64,000 nucleotides of DNA from Promethearchaeia archaeon (GCA_029856155.1 JAHQWL010000093.1:19834-83833); one strand, 5' to 3'. Numbered from the stretch's first letter, positions 19,161-29,836 are shown. The notes: generated from the sequence alone by a model not told the origin. Program-made: numbers and translations.

Positions 19161-20660
19161 TTATTTAGCAGTATTGAGTTTATTTCTTATTAGCTGAATC
19201 AAATCAATAACTTTAATTCTATCTTGTTTCATTGAGTCTCTATATCTAATTGTAACAGTATTGTCTTCTAAAGACTCATAGTCAATTGTAACGCAATATA
19301 TTGTACCTATTTCATCTTGTCTTCTATATCTTTTTCCTATAGAACCCGCCACATCAAAAAAAGAATTAATTCGATTTTCTAATAAATCTCTGTGAATCTT
19401 AAGTGCTAAATTTCTAATATTTTCTTTGTTTTTAACGAGTGGAAAGACAGCAACGGTATTGGGAGCTAAATCTGGAATGAGTTTTAAATTTATTCTACCT
19501 TCTTCTACATTAAAATTAGTTTCAAGGAGAGTGTAGATAATTCTGTCAATTCCAAAAGCAATTTCAAGAATTTGAGGAATTTCTTTAATTTCTGAATCAG
19601 GACTCATACTAACTTCAAAATTCTGGTTTGAAAATTCGCTATGCCTTTTTAAATCATAATTAGTTCTATCATGTACTCCACAAATCTCAACCCATCCAAA
19701 CTGTCTTGATTTTATCTCTAAATCCCAAGCATCATCAGCATAGTGAGCACGTTCATTTAAAGAATGTTGTCTAAATCTAATTACTTCTTCTGGAAACCCT
19801 AGAATTTTTGTTAAATAATAACTTATATACATACAATAAGCATAGGCAGGTTTTTTTAAAATCTTGGTTTTTATTGCCTTCTCAAGTGAAATTATTTCAG
19901 GTTTATCAATAACTTTTTCTTGGAGTGTCCAATCTAATAATGGTAATGTTGATTTTTTGATTTCCTTATAATCTTCAAACACCATTTCTTGTTGCTTACC
20001 GATGAAAATTTGCAATTCAAATTGATCAAATGCTCTCATTCGAAGAACTCCTTGTCGTGGAGAAATTTCATTTCGATATGCTTTACCAATTTGGTAAATT
20101 TTAATGGGATACTGCCTTCTGGCATCTTGATCTAAACGATTAAATAATAAATAAGTTGTTGTTGCTGTTTCTGGTCGTAAATATGCAGTAACATTGTTTC
20201 CAACAGAAGTTTTCAACATCAAATTGTATTCTTCAATTTTTTGAAAATTACTTCCGCATTTTGGGCAACTTAATTCATGTTTTTTAATTAAATTCTCCAT
20301 TTCTTCAAATGATAAGCCATCTATCATTAATTCAGGAAGATTTTCTTGAATAAATTTATCTGCCCTATACAACGTGTTGCATTTATTACATCTCATTACA
20401 GGATCAACAAATCTTTCTAAGTGTCCTGAAGCTTCCCAAACGATACTTGGCATGATTGTTGGGCACTCAACCTCTCCAAAACCAAAATAACGACATTCTC
20501 GTCTAAAAAGATCTAAGATATTGTTTTTGAGAGCCATCCCTGCTGGACCATAGGAATAGAACCCGGCAAGTCCACCATAGATTTCTGGAGAAGGCCCCCA
20601 AATGAACCCACGGCGTTTTATGAGTGAATTAAACGTCTCAATGTTATTCTCGATTTTCAT
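19161..20660 (-). CDS. glyS: Glycyl-tRNA synthetase (alpha2, archaeal/eukaryotic type)
   Basis: KRRGF...EIYGG, WEASGH, YLRPETA, GKAYRNEISPRQG, AHYA, GIDR and SIGKRYRRQDEIGT anticodon domain. Confidence 0.96.
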   Translation of the reverse strand: MKIENNIETFNSLIKRRGFIWGPSPEIYGGLAGFYSYGPAGMALKNNILDLFRRECRYFGFGEVECPTIMPSIVWEASGHLERFVDPVMRCNKCNTLYRADKFIQENLPELMIDGLSFEEMENLIKKHELSCPKCGSNFQKIEEYNLMLKTSVGNNVTAYLRPETATTTYLLFNRLDQDARRQYPIKIYQIGKAYRNEISPRQGVLRMRAFDQFELQIFIGKQQEMVFEDYKEIKKSTLPLLDWTLQEKVIDKPEIISLEKAIKTKILKKPAYAYCMYISYYLTKILGFPEEVIRFRQHSLNERAHYADDAWDLEIKSRQFGWVEICGVHDRTNYDLKRHSEFSNQNFEVSMSPDSEIKEIPQILEIAFGIDRIIYTLLETNFNVEEGRINLKLIPDLAPNTVAVFPLVKNKENIRNLALKIHRDLLENRINSFFDVAGSIGKRYRRQDEIGTIYCVTIDYESLEDNTVTIRYRDSMKQDRIKVIDLIQLIRNKLNTAK

Positions 20661-20791
20661 ATAGATTTTAAAAGTGTATTATACTATTTGTATTTTAAGA
20701 TATTACAAGTAAATTAAAATAAATTTTTATAATAGGAAGATAATAATATTATTATATTTTTTTCAAAGTTTAAAAAAAAATTTGATAAATT

Positions 20792-21646
20792 ATGTTATTT
20801 CAAGATTTCCAATATCTTGGTTTCTGGGAAGCAATAGAAATGGGGCTCTATTTCATTATAGTCGGGTATTTCTTTTTACTATTTTTCTACTTCCTATTTA
20901 TCCGATATAGAACCTCAAGGAAGTTGTATTGGCTGTTTTTTAGCTTATTTTTTCTATGTTTTGGTATTGCACGCGTATTTTTCATTGTCTATTATTTTTT
21001 TGGACCAGAACTATTCAATGGATCGAATGATACTGAAGTCGTTGCTTTTCTAATGTTAAATTTTCGCTATGCTACATTCTTTACTTGGATGGGGGTAGCT
21101 TGTGCTGTTGGAGTTTTAGGAATTCTCTTATTTCCTCCTGAAATAAAAGAGGAAAATAAAGGGAAAAAATCATTAGTTGAATGGTTTAAAAATAGAAAAA
21201 ATCTAGAATTACTTATTCGGATAGGATTATTTGTTCTTCCCATAATTATAGGAATACTCGCGTTAACATTACCAGATGGCCTATTTATGGATCCTGATTT
21301 TTTAAAAGATTATCCATTGATTGATGTTGACTTAGTCTTAATAAGATTTGGTTCATGGGAATATCCTCTTGGTAGATTTCTGTTTAATTTTATTTTCATG
21401 CCCTTGTTCCTTGTTTTGATTCCTTTTATCTTTCTTTATCTAGCATGGAAAACGTTTGGAGTATTGAGAAAATCATATGCTTTAAATGCTATTGGGTTTC
21501 TTCTTTATTTTATTGGAGGGAGAATAATGCAAGGAGTACTAGATGTAGCTACATTACCACATTTAAGAGCCGTAATGCCCCCATTACTAATATTACTAGC
21601 GCTTCTTATTTTAGTAATTGCAAATAATTACGAACAACTTAAATAA
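20792..21646 (+). CDS. Polytopic (~7 TM) membrane protein of unknown function
   Basis: About seven hydrophobic segments; no catalytic motif recognised. Confidence 0.7.
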   Translation: MLFQDFQYLGFWEAIEMGLYFIIVGYFFLLFFYFLFIRYRTSRKLYWLFFSLFFLCFGIARVFFIVYYFFGPELFNGSNDTEVVAFLMLNFRYATFFTWMGVACAVGVLGILLFPPEIKEENKGKKSLVEWFKNRKNLELLIRIGLFVLPIIIGILALTLPDGLFMDPDFLKDYPLIDVDLVLIRFGSWEYPLGRFLFNFIFMPLFLVLIPFIFLYLAWKTFGVLRKSYALNAIGFLLYFIGGRIMQGVLDVATLPHLRAVMPPLLILLALLILVIANNYEQLK

Positions 21647-21848
21647 AAAAGTTTAACTTTTAATTCTTATAATTATTTTAATCATTTTTTATTCAAGACC
21701 AATTCTTAGGATGAGTAGAACCAATTAAAAAACCCACTTTTAATTACCTATTGAAAAAAAGATTAAAAATTTAAAACTGAATCTCTTTAAATTTAATATA
21801 TTTGAAATATATAATATAGAAATTAATTAAAAATTCAAGATATTATCC

Positions 21849-23483
21849 ATGTCTGTTCACGGAAATCAATATTTGTTACCATTTTTTATTAGAAAGGATT
21901 CTCTTCCCCTTTCAATTCAAGGAAATGATGAATTAGCTCTCGCATTTTATTTATTATCAAAAGATTTAAGAAAAAACGAAAAGATTATTTCCTTTTCTAA
22001 GCTTCTTTGGCCTATATTAAGCATTCAAGGAGTAATTAGTACTCATATAATGTTAGATGGATTGAATTTGTTTAGAGAAATCGGACGGTTTTCTAATCCC
22101 CCTCGACAACCTTTAATAGGCCATATACTAAGAAATATTGAAAATCGAACTAAAGTTGAACAATTAAACATATTAATAGATATCCTATCATATAAAGATA
22201 AAGAAGCTGAAGAAATTGGGGAAGGGGAAGAGTCAGAATTTCACACTCTTAAAATTAATGGGTTAATTAATCCAGAATTTCTCCAATCGCTAATTAAAAT
22301 TATCCCATTGACGGATTATAAACCAATTGTCGATTACACAGTATTAGATACCAGTATCTCTACTGAAAATGCGTTAAATATTTCAGAAGAATACCGGCAG
22401 ATTATCAATACAATGAAAGGAAATGCTCTAAGATGGAAAACTCAGATTGAATTAATAGAGAAGGAAGTAAGTAAATGGCTTATAGAGATAAATGTTCAAT
22501 TAAAAGATATAAATTCACGCTATTCTAGCCAAATAACTAAAACTTCTTCATCAATTGATACATCTCAAGTAGATGAACAAACAAAACTAGAACAAGATAA
22601 AATTGATCAATGGAACGTTAATGAAAAGAAAAAGATAATTGAAAGCATGTCTACTTTGTTTAAAACGTCTGAAAGATACCTCGAAGAAATTATAAAGAAA
22701 AATAAATTCTTTACTGACGGGGATTCTTTAAAAACTAGAGTTTTTGAAGATATCCTTCCTCATTTTGAAACTCAGTTTGCTTATTTAAAAGAGGAGGGTA
22801 AAAAATTTTTAGAATCTCTTGATGAACTTATTCAAAAGTATAATGAGTTAAAAGAGCGAGCTTCTCAGATTGATAATGGAGCAAATCAAAAATTAGTAGA
22901 GTTTAAGGATTCTTTAGATGTAAGACTAAAAGATAGAAATAAACGATTAACTGAGTTTGAGAGTGAAAAACAGGTAAAAATCTCTGAGTTAGAAAATTCC
23001 AAAAATCAAATAGAAGAATTATTCGCAAAAATTAAAAATATTATACAAATAAAACATAATAATTGCTTGCAAGAGGCTCAAACATTGACTGAGTGGTCTC
23101 TTAATGACAACCAATTAGATTTATTTTCAAGGCCTATACAATGGATTTATATGCCGATACATGCGATGTTTATTGAAGATGAGGATAATATGGAAGAGTA
23201 TATGAATATTCTTTTCCCAGGATATATCACTAATGACTCAAATGCTATATATGAACATGTATCTGATGCTTTCGTTAGTTTAAAAACCCTATTAAGTGAG
23301 AGAATTGAGAATGATATGGCTACTAGATCAAATTTTGAATTTTCATCCGAACGTAAAAATTTGATAAAAGATCCGAATCTGAAAAAGAGACTCCAGTTAG
23401 GTATCTCAAAATTAAGAGAAAAAATGCTTCTTAATGAAACAATGGAAAGGATAATTCGAGAAAATTCAAATATTTTAGCATAA
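21849..23483 (+). CDS. Hypothetical protein with long central coiled coil
   Basis: About 250 aa of E/K/Q/L-rich heptad sequence between two globular ends; no Walker motifs. Confidence 0.75.
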   Translation: MSVHGNQYLLPFFIRKDSLPLSIQGNDELALAFYLLSKDLRKNEKIISFSKLLWPILSIQGVISTHIMLDGLNLFREIGRFSNPPRQPLIGHILRNIENRTKVEQLNILIDILSYKDKEAEEIGEGEESEFHTLKINGLINPEFLQSLIKIIPLTDYKPIVDYTVLDTSISTENALNISEEYRQIINTMKGNALRWKTQIELIEKEVSKWLIEINVQLKDINSRYSSQITKTSSSIDTSQVDEQTKLEQDKIDQWNVNEKKKIIESMSTLFKTSERYLEEIIKKNKFFTDGDSLKTRVFEDILPHFETQFAYLKEEGKKFLESLDELIQKYNELKERASQIDNGANQKLVEFKDSLDVRLKDRNKRLTEFESEKQVKISELENSKNQIEELFAKIKNIIQIKHNNCLQEAQTLTEWSLNDNQLDLFSRPIQWIYMPIHAMFIEDEDNMEEYMNILFPGYITNDSNAIYEHVSDAFVSLKTLLSERIENDMATRSNFEFSSERKNLIKDPNLKKRLQLGISKLREKMLLNETMERIIRENSNILA

Positions 23484-23506
23484 TTTTATAATTATTTCCT
23501 TTAATC

Positions 23507-24190
23507 ATGTCAGAATCACATTTAGAAAGAAAAAAAAAATTGGATCTTAAAAAGAGAAAAATCCGAGCTTTTTTTTTATCTATTGAAACAAAAAAGAAGA
23601 AAAAGTTGGAGGTTGACAAAGCTGCAGAAGATCTCTATCAGGATGGCATGGTTTATATCCAAATGAAGCTTCCTGTAGAGAAAATTACTAAAGAATTTGA
23701 GGTTAATTTAAAAGATAAAATAGAACATAACATTATTAAAGCTAAAATCAGAGAGGTCACCCAAAGTGATTTAGAAACTTTAAAGTACATTTATAACCGT
23801 GCCTGGCTACTTTCTAATACTCCATACAGACCAATAACTAAAACTGATTTGAAAAAAATCCTTGATTATCCTGACACTGTTTTTCTTATTGCAAAAGTGT
23901 ATGGAATTGATGCGGCATTTGTACTATTAGATTTTGAAGGGGAAAATAAAGAAATTGCTGTAATTGCCGCATTAGCAGTTATACCTCGCTTCCAGAGAAA
24001 AGGGGTTGGCACTATTATTGGAATGTCAGCATGGAATTTTATAAAACAGAATTATAGTAATGTTAAAGAAATAAGAGCAGAGGTATATAAAGACAACGTT
24101 GTTTCATATTCTTTTATTAAAGGGATAGGATTTGAAGAATTTGATAGAAAAGTTTATAAGAAAGAAGACTTCGAGATTAAAAGTGATTAG
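23507..24190 (+). CDS. GNAT-family N-acetyltransferase with basic N-terminal extension
   Basis: Motif A LAVIPRFQRKGVGT and motif B N-x-x-S-x-x-F-x-x-x-x-GF. Confidence 0.88.
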   Translation: MSESHLERKKKLDLKKRKIRAFFLSIETKKKKKLEVDKAAEDLYQDGMVYIQMKLPVEKITKEFEVNLKDKIEHNIIKAKIREVTQSDLETLKYIYNRAWLLSNTPYRPITKTDLKKILDYPDTVFLIAKVYGIDAAFVLLDFEGENKEIAVIAALAVIPRFQRKGVGTIIGMSAWNFIKQNYSNVKEIRAEVYKDNVVSYSFIKGIGFEEFDRKVYKKEDFEIKSD

Positions 24191-24239
24191 CAATCTCTAT
24201 TAAAAGAGATAAATTACATTTTCTCATATAACTTTTATC

Positions 24240-25661
24240 TTAAAATTTTAATGATTTTATTTTTTCATTTAATAATTCAGTACTATATTCATCTTTGATT
24301 TTCTGATAGTAAGTTCGAGCCTTTTCGAAATATAAGATAGCATTTTCAATCATTCTCTTATTAAGATAAATATCACCCAATTTGTGAAGAATTAAAGCAC
24401 TTTCTTTGATATATCCCAAATCTTCATAAATATCCAACGCTTTTTCAAAGAGGTTTATTGCTTTTATCGTGTCTTCTTCAAACTCTAAATATATATTTCC
24501 TATTTTGAACTTAAGCTCAGCATTTTTGATGTTATCACCAAATTTGAAAAAGATTTCACCCGCTAGATCATAATATTCAATTGCCCTTTCAATATCTCCC
24601 TTAGATATATATACATTTGCTAAGTTTTCTAAAATCTCACCCTCTTTAATATTATCACTTATCTCAAAAATACGAACAGCTTCTAAGCTTTGTATAAAAA
24701 AAATTTCAGCTTTAGTCCTATTATCCCTTAATAAATATATTTTTCCAAGATATAAATAACATTCCCATTCTAATTTTGCTTTAATATAAACCGAGATATT
24801 TTCTTCTATTTTTTTAATTAACTCTAAGGCTTCAGTGAGGTGTTGAGACGATTCATCATAATCCTGTCCTATAATATAATACAACTTTCCATATTTTATT
24901 TCTGTTTGAATTATACCATAAACATCTTCATTCTCTTTGAAGAATTCTGAATTTTTCTCTAAAATTTTTTTAATTCGGTCATAATCATGTAGTAAATAAA
25001 GAACTTCCACCAAATTACTGGAAGATTTTATTTCGTCAACTATTAAATTTTCTTGTTGAGAAAGTTGAAATGCCTCTTGATAATAATTATATGAGTGTTC
25101 TAAATCTTTAATTATAAAATACACATTTCCAAGATTGTTTAACACCTTTATGATTTTACTTTTATCGTTTAAATCTTTAAGAATTTCTAGAGATCTATTG
25201 AAATCATAAATAGCTTGATCAAAAAATCCATTATCTTCTTGAATTATTCCTATTTCATTGTAGCAAATAGCGGTGTTAAGTAAATCGTTTTCCTCTTTAA
25301 AATTTTTTAAAGCTAATTCAAGGTTTTTTAATGCCTCAGATAAATCTCTTTTTTTATAATATAAACTTGATTTCTCTAATAATAATGATCCAGGTATTGG
25401 TTCTCCTAGAACTTCTTTACTCTCTAAAGCATCATCAATCTTTTTTATTTTTTGATCGACTTCTTCGTCTTTTATAACAAGGTTATCAAATGTATCTTTT
25501 TCTTCTTCCAAATCTAAATGATAAATCTCTGGTTCATCATAAGGAAATTTCACGTTTCTATCTAAAACATCTTCTAGATTTGCAATTAAAGGTTTATTAC
25601 AATTTCTACAATAAGACCAATGTTCTTCAATTTGGAACCCACAATAAGGGCATGTTTTCAT
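24240..25661 (-). CDS. Zinc-ribbon plus tetratricopeptide repeat protein
   Basis: N-terminal CPYC...CRNC; multiple TPRs (NNLGNVY, LGKIY, LANVY, IGNIY, LGDIY). Confidence 0.85.
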   Translation of the reverse strand: MKTCPYCGFQIEEHWSYCRNCNKPLIANLEDVLDRNVKFPYDEPEIYHLDLEEEKDTFDNLVIKDEEVDQKIKKIDDALESKEVLGEPIPGSLLLEKSSLYYKKRDLSEALKNLELALKNFKEENDLLNTAICYNEIGIIQEDNGFFDQAIYDFNRSLEILKDLNDKSKIIKVLNNLGNVYFIIKDLEHSYNYYQEAFQLSQQENLIVDEIKSSSNLVEVLYLLHDYDRIKKILEKNSEFFKENEDVYGIIQTEIKYGKLYYIIGQDYDESSQHLTEALELIKKIEENISVYIKAKLEWECYLYLGKIYLLRDNRTKAEIFFIQSLEAVRIFEISDNIKEGEILENLANVYISKGDIERAIEYYDLAGEIFFKFGDNIKNAELKFKIGNIYLEFEEDTIKAINLFEKALDIYEDLGYIKESALILHKLGDIYLNKRMIENAILYFEKARTYYQKIKDEYSTELLNEKIKSLKF

Positions 25662-25776
25662 GCGTATAAAAAATTAAAAATATTTAAAATTAAAAAGAAA
25701 ATAACTTTATTTATAATTATTTGATATTATTTCTGAAAATAGAGATATGAAATTCTAAGAGCTCTATATAAATAAC

Positions 25777-26487
25777 TCAAATGATATTATAAATAATAGG
25801 TATCACTTCAGAGATCTCTCGAATCTCATAATCTGGTTTGATTTTCTTTGATTTTTTAGAGAATGAATCATTAAACCAAATGGTATGCATATTACATTCC
25901 TTAGCTCCTTTAACATCTGTTTCCAAGATATCTCCAATATGAATGGCATTTCTTGGATCACATTCGAGCTTTTTTAAAGCTTTATTGAATAATATTGGAT
26001 GTGGTTTATAATATCCAATCTCATCAGAGAAAATCTTCACTTGAAAATATTGGAGAATATTATATTCTTGAAGTACCTTAATTATAATTCGTCCTGGTGT
26101 TATCCCCGTATTGGAAATGAGACCTATTTTATAATCTGAGGATAATGTTTCTAGTGTTTGTCTGGTTCCTTTTTTCAAAGAGGGAGGAGCAATCAACATT
26201 ACTTCTTCAAATTCCTTCTTAATTATTGCCTTATCTTTTTTAGATAAATCGATTTTAAGAATTTTGAGCACTTCTAATATTCGATCTTTTGTATATATAT
26301 GATAATTGTTTTCAAAATTACGTTTATGTAAATGAAGGCCAAATTTAAAAGTATTTTCTATATCAATTTCAGACTGAGAAATACCTTTTTCATTCAAAAA
26401 TTGAGAAAACCAGTGTAATCGCATTTCTGTATAAAATCTATTATTAAATATTGTATTCCAGAGATCAAATGTAATAGCTTGAATCAT
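25777..26487 (-). CDS. HAD-superfamily hydrolase (subfamily IA)
   Basis: FDLWNT, ISN, KPHP and HIGDILETDVKGA motifs. Confidence 0.9.
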   Translation of the reverse strand: MIQAITFDLWNTIFNNRFYTEMRLHWFSQFLNEKGISQSEIDIENTFKFGLHLHKRNFENNYHIYTKDRILEVLKILKIDLSKKDKAIIKKEFEEVMLIAPPSLKKGTRQTLETLSSDYKIGLISNTGITPGRIIIKVLQEYNILQYFQVKIFSDEIGYYKPHPILFNKALKKLECDPRNAIHIGDILETDVKGAKECNMHTIWFNDSFSKKSKKIKPDYEIREISEVIPIIYNII

Positions 26488-26971
26488 ATATAAGGATTAA
26501 AGTGAATTACTTTATAATATTTTTTTTGGAAACCATAAATAGTGGAATGCATTATTTTTTTTACAAATAAATTAATTTGAAATTTTAAAAAGTAATAAGG
26601 TCTTCAATCCAATTTTAATGATAAATTATCAAAGTAATAAGAGACGGAAAGGTTTAGGGAAAAAGTACAGGAATTAATTGTGTGATTTTATTATTTTGTT
26701 CGAATATTATCACTTGAAAACCTCTTTTAGGCGTTTGACTTCTCTAAAAAAGAAAACTAAAGGAGAATATAAATTGCATTTTAACTTTACTTTTTACTTT
26801 TTTTATATTTTTTAATCAAATCATATAAAAAATTATTCAAAATCCAAATTTAGGAGGATATACCTTATCTATCAAGAAACTTTGACACGTATAAAGATTT
26901 ACAATAAGTAATAAAAAGGATCATTTTTTTCTGTATTAAAAAAACGTAGAATTTAAACAAAGTGAGGTATA

Positions 26972-27133
26972 TTGGACGCAAAATTATTTAAAAAAACTTT
27001 TCCTTACATTTGTGATGAATGTAAGCAATTCGCTCATACATTACACGATTTTTGTGATAAGTGTGGTGCGGATTCTTTAAGGAAAGCTCTTAATGATGAT
27101 TATAAAAATCATAATAATTCAAAGAAGAAGTAA
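26972..27133 (+). CDS. Small CxxC...CxxC zinc-finger protein, 53 aa (below ORF-track cutoff)
   Basis: SD-like GTGAGGT, then TTG2 start at 26972: MDAKLFKKTFPYICDECKQFAHTLHDFCDKCGADSLRKALNDDYKNHNNSKKK, TAA at 27131-27133. Confidence 0.75.
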   Translation: MDAKLFKKTFPYICDECKQFAHTLHDFCDKCGADSLRKALNDDYKNHNNSKKK

Positions 27134-27184
27134 CAGGATGGGCTAAATAAGTCAATTTTAATTCTCCTAAGTGTCATTTCATTT

Positions 27185-28096
27185 TTACTTTTTCTCAAAA
27201 CTATTTAATTCTTCAAGAATGTTTTTATCCTGCAATCCCAGTGATTTTAAAAGAATTTTAAGTTGAATAATGGCATTTTCAGCCCTTAATTCTTTAGCAA
27301 TATGTAATGCTCGAATAAATTGATCCTTTGCTTCCTTAATTCTTCCCAAATAGAAAAGTGCTTCACCAACATATCCAAGACCTTTAACGATTAATTCCGC
27401 ATAATTTGCATCAATTGCTACATTAGTCCCTTTCTTGAAATATCTTACTGCTTCTTCTAAGTTATTTTCCTTCTTTTGGAGAATTCCCAAATTGAAGTAA
27501 GTATTGATGATCCCTTTATCATCTTTAATTTCTTTAAAAACCTTTAATGTTTTCTTATATAATTCAAAAACCACATCCCATTTTTCATTGGTTTCATGGA
27601 TGTAAATTAGATTTCCTAAGCAATCTAATAAGTTATAAATATCATTATTATCTGAACAAATCACACTACAATCTAAAAAAATATCACATGCTTCATCATT
27701 TTGATTTAATTTTAAATAACTATTCCCAATTCCTTTTAAGCATGTGATCTGTTCATGAATTTGTTTTAATTCCTCATAAATATTATATGCTTTTTCGTAA
27801 GAGGCAATAGATCTATGATAATCACCTTCTTTATAATATAAAGTGCCTAACACACCATAAACTGCTGCTTGACCTAACCTATCTTTTTGTTTTTTAAAAT
27901 GTTTTAAACAGATTATGTAATTTTTTTCAGAGTCTCTAAAATTCTCCAATTGCAATTGAATTAGAGCGATATCACTTAATTCTTTAATATAGTTTGAATT
28001 TTTACCAATTTCATCTAATTCTTTTAAATTTTCCAACTTTTTAGTTAATAAATGCCGTAATTCCTCTTTCTTGAGCTCAGTCTCATTCTCTGTCAT
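27185..28096 (-). CDS. Tetratricopeptide repeat protein
   Basis: Repeats such as GVLGTLYY, KGIGNSY, GNLIYIH, FNLGILQ and GYVGEALF at about 40-aa spacing. Confidence 0.85.
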   Translation of the reverse strand: MTENETELKKEELRHLLTKKLENLKELDEIGKNSNYIKELSDIALIQLQLENFRDSEKNYIICLKHFKKQKDRLGQAAVYGVLGTLYYKEGDYHRSIASYEKAYNIYEELKQIHEQITCLKGIGNSYLKLNQNDEACDIFLDCSVICSDNNDIYNLLDCLGNLIYIHETNEKWDVVFELYKKTLKVFKEIKDDKGIINTYFNLGILQKKENNLEEAVRYFKKGTNVAIDANYAELIVKGLGYVGEALFYLGRIKEAKDQFIRALHIAKELRAENAIIQLKILLKSLGLQDKNILEELNSFEKK

Positions 28097-28135
28097 AAAA
28101 ATAATTTAAAAATTGTATTACCTTTATTTAATTCC

Positions 28136-28570
28136 TTATAATATATCCTCTAAAATCTTAGCCGAATCCTTTACATACTCAAGGCATTTCTTTTCAAAAA
28201 AATCATTTTGATCATAATATTCCCTTCCTTCAAGAGTACTAATTTCACATCCTAGCAGTTCCTTACAGTTTATAGAGCCATGAATTTTTTGAAATCGATT
28301 TGTAAATTCTCTTACAACCTCGTATGTTTTATCTCTCGCTTCTGTATCTCCACTTTCGCCCATACCATATCTTAAGCCAATAACCATAAAAGCCCCAGAC
28401 ACAGCACCACATGTATTTTGCATACGACCCATTCCACCCCCAAATCCTGTAGCTAATTTTAAGGCTGTCTCTCTATCTATTCCATTTTGAGTGGCATAAG
28501 AGCTAAATACTGACTGAGCACAATTAAAATTTCCTCTAAAAGAAGAAATAGCTTTTTCTATATTAGACAT
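28136..28570 (-). CDS. C_GCAxxG_C_C family putative redox protein
   Basis: FNCAQSV, GFGGGMG, TCGAVSG, INCKEL and KKC motifs. Confidence 0.9.
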   Translation of the reverse strand: MSNIEKAISSFRGNFNCAQSVFSSYATQNGIDRETALKLATGFGGGMGRMQNTCGAVSGAFMVIGLRYGMGESGDTEARDKTYEVVREFTNRFQKIHGSINCKELLGCEISTLEGREYYDQNDFFEKKCLEYVKDSAKILEDIL

Positions 28571-28691
28571 TTCGTAAAAATTCTTTTTTTTATAAATATT
28601 GCAAATTAAAGGTATAAGAAATATAAAATTTCATATCTATTATATATCTAGTGATACAATAAGCAAATAATTACTGGATAGAGGTAGCAAT

Positions 28692-29804
28692 ATGAAATTA
28701 AAAGCAAAATTATATGATAAACTAGATGATAAAAAAGTAAAATGTCATGTATGTGCCAACGAATGTACAATACTTACTGATAAGGTTGGGATATGTAGAA
28801 CAAGAAAAAATTTTGATGGAGATTTATACACATTAATTTATGGCTCAATGATATCATCTGGTAGTTTAGATCCCATTGAGAAGAAGCCACTTTATAATTT
28901 CTGGCCTGGTGCTACAGCATATTCAATTGCATCTATTGGATGTTCTTTTAAGTGCCAGAATTGTCAAAACTGGTCGATCAGCCAAGCAAATCCAACAGAT
29001 AATGGAAAAAATGGATTTTTTGATCTTAAAGGTTATGAAGGTCGTGGAATGTCATTAGTCGAAATGACACCCGAGCAATTAGAAAAAAGAGTTGTTAAGA
29101 GTGGAGCAAAGACTCTGGCTTATACTTATAACGAACCATTAATATGGCATGAATGGATAATAGACACAGTCCCTCTCTTGAAAAAGCATGGTATTAAAAC
29201 AATTTTAGTAACAAATGGTTATTCTACAGCTGAAGCAACAAAAGAGTTAATTGATGTAGGAATTGACGCTGCAAATATCGATATTAAGGCAATGTCGGAT
29301 GATTTCTATAAAAAAATTTGCGGAGTCACATCAGTTAAACCTGTTTTGGACACGGCTAATCGTTTTAAATCCAATGGAGTTCATGTAGAAATTACTAATT
29401 TAATAATACCCGATTTAAACGACAATAAGGAAGATATTCAAAAACTATGCAAGTGGATAGTGGATAATTTAGGAAAAAATACTCCTATTCACTTTTCTGC
29501 ATATCATCCTGATTTCAAAATGCCCTCAATGAAACATACTCCTTATGAAACCTTAGACATGGCTTATAATATTGCTAAGGAAGTCGGTGTATATTTTCCT
29601 TACGTAGGAAATATAAGCCATGGGGAGGGAGGCAACACCTACTGCCCAAATTGTAAATTTTTATTATTAGAAAGAAGGGGTTATAGTTTTAAAAAAATTA
29701 ATGTAGATGATGATAATAAATGTCCTAATTGCTCTTATGAACTGAGTAATGATATTGTTGGTGAAATAAACAAAAATCCTTCACATAGATTTTCTTTCTT
29801 TTAA
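28692..29804 (+). CDS. amrS: AmmeMemoRadiSam system radical SAM enzyme
   Basis: N-terminal CHVCANEC, DPIEKKPLYNF, CSFKCQNCQNW (CxxxCxxC), YTYNEP, YVGN and C-terminal CPNC pairs. Confidence 0.9.
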   Translation: MKLKAKLYDKLDDKKVKCHVCANECTILTDKVGICRTRKNFDGDLYTLIYGSMISSGSLDPIEKKPLYNFWPGATAYSIASIGCSFKCQNCQNWSISQANPTDNGKNGFFDLKGYEGRGMSLVEMTPEQLEKRVVKSGAKTLAYTYNEPLIWHEWIIDTVPLLKKHGIKTILVTNGYSTAEATKELIDVGIDAANIDIKAMSDDFYKKICGVTSVKPVLDTANRFKSNGVHVEITNLIIPDLNDNKEDIQKLCKWIVDNLGKNTPIHFSAYHPDFKMPSMKHTPYETLDMAYNIAKEVGVYFPYVGNISHGEGGNTYCPNCKFLLLERRGYSFKKINVDDDNKCPNCSYELSNDIVGEINKNPSHRFSFF

Positions 29805-29836
29805 ATTTAATAAAAGATAAAAAAAATTAAAAGGAA

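Noticed and set aside
21849-23483. SMC/Rad50 ATPase
   Set aside because: No Walker A/B, signature motif or zinc hook
26760-26920. Tiny ORFs after AGGAG/AGGAGG words
   Set aside because: Under 20 codons, low complexity or lacking a standard start
28136-28570. Selenocysteine recoding in the redox protein or other TGA-ending genes
   Set aside because: All motif positions are Cys, TGA stops fall at expected protein ends, and no SECIS could be supported
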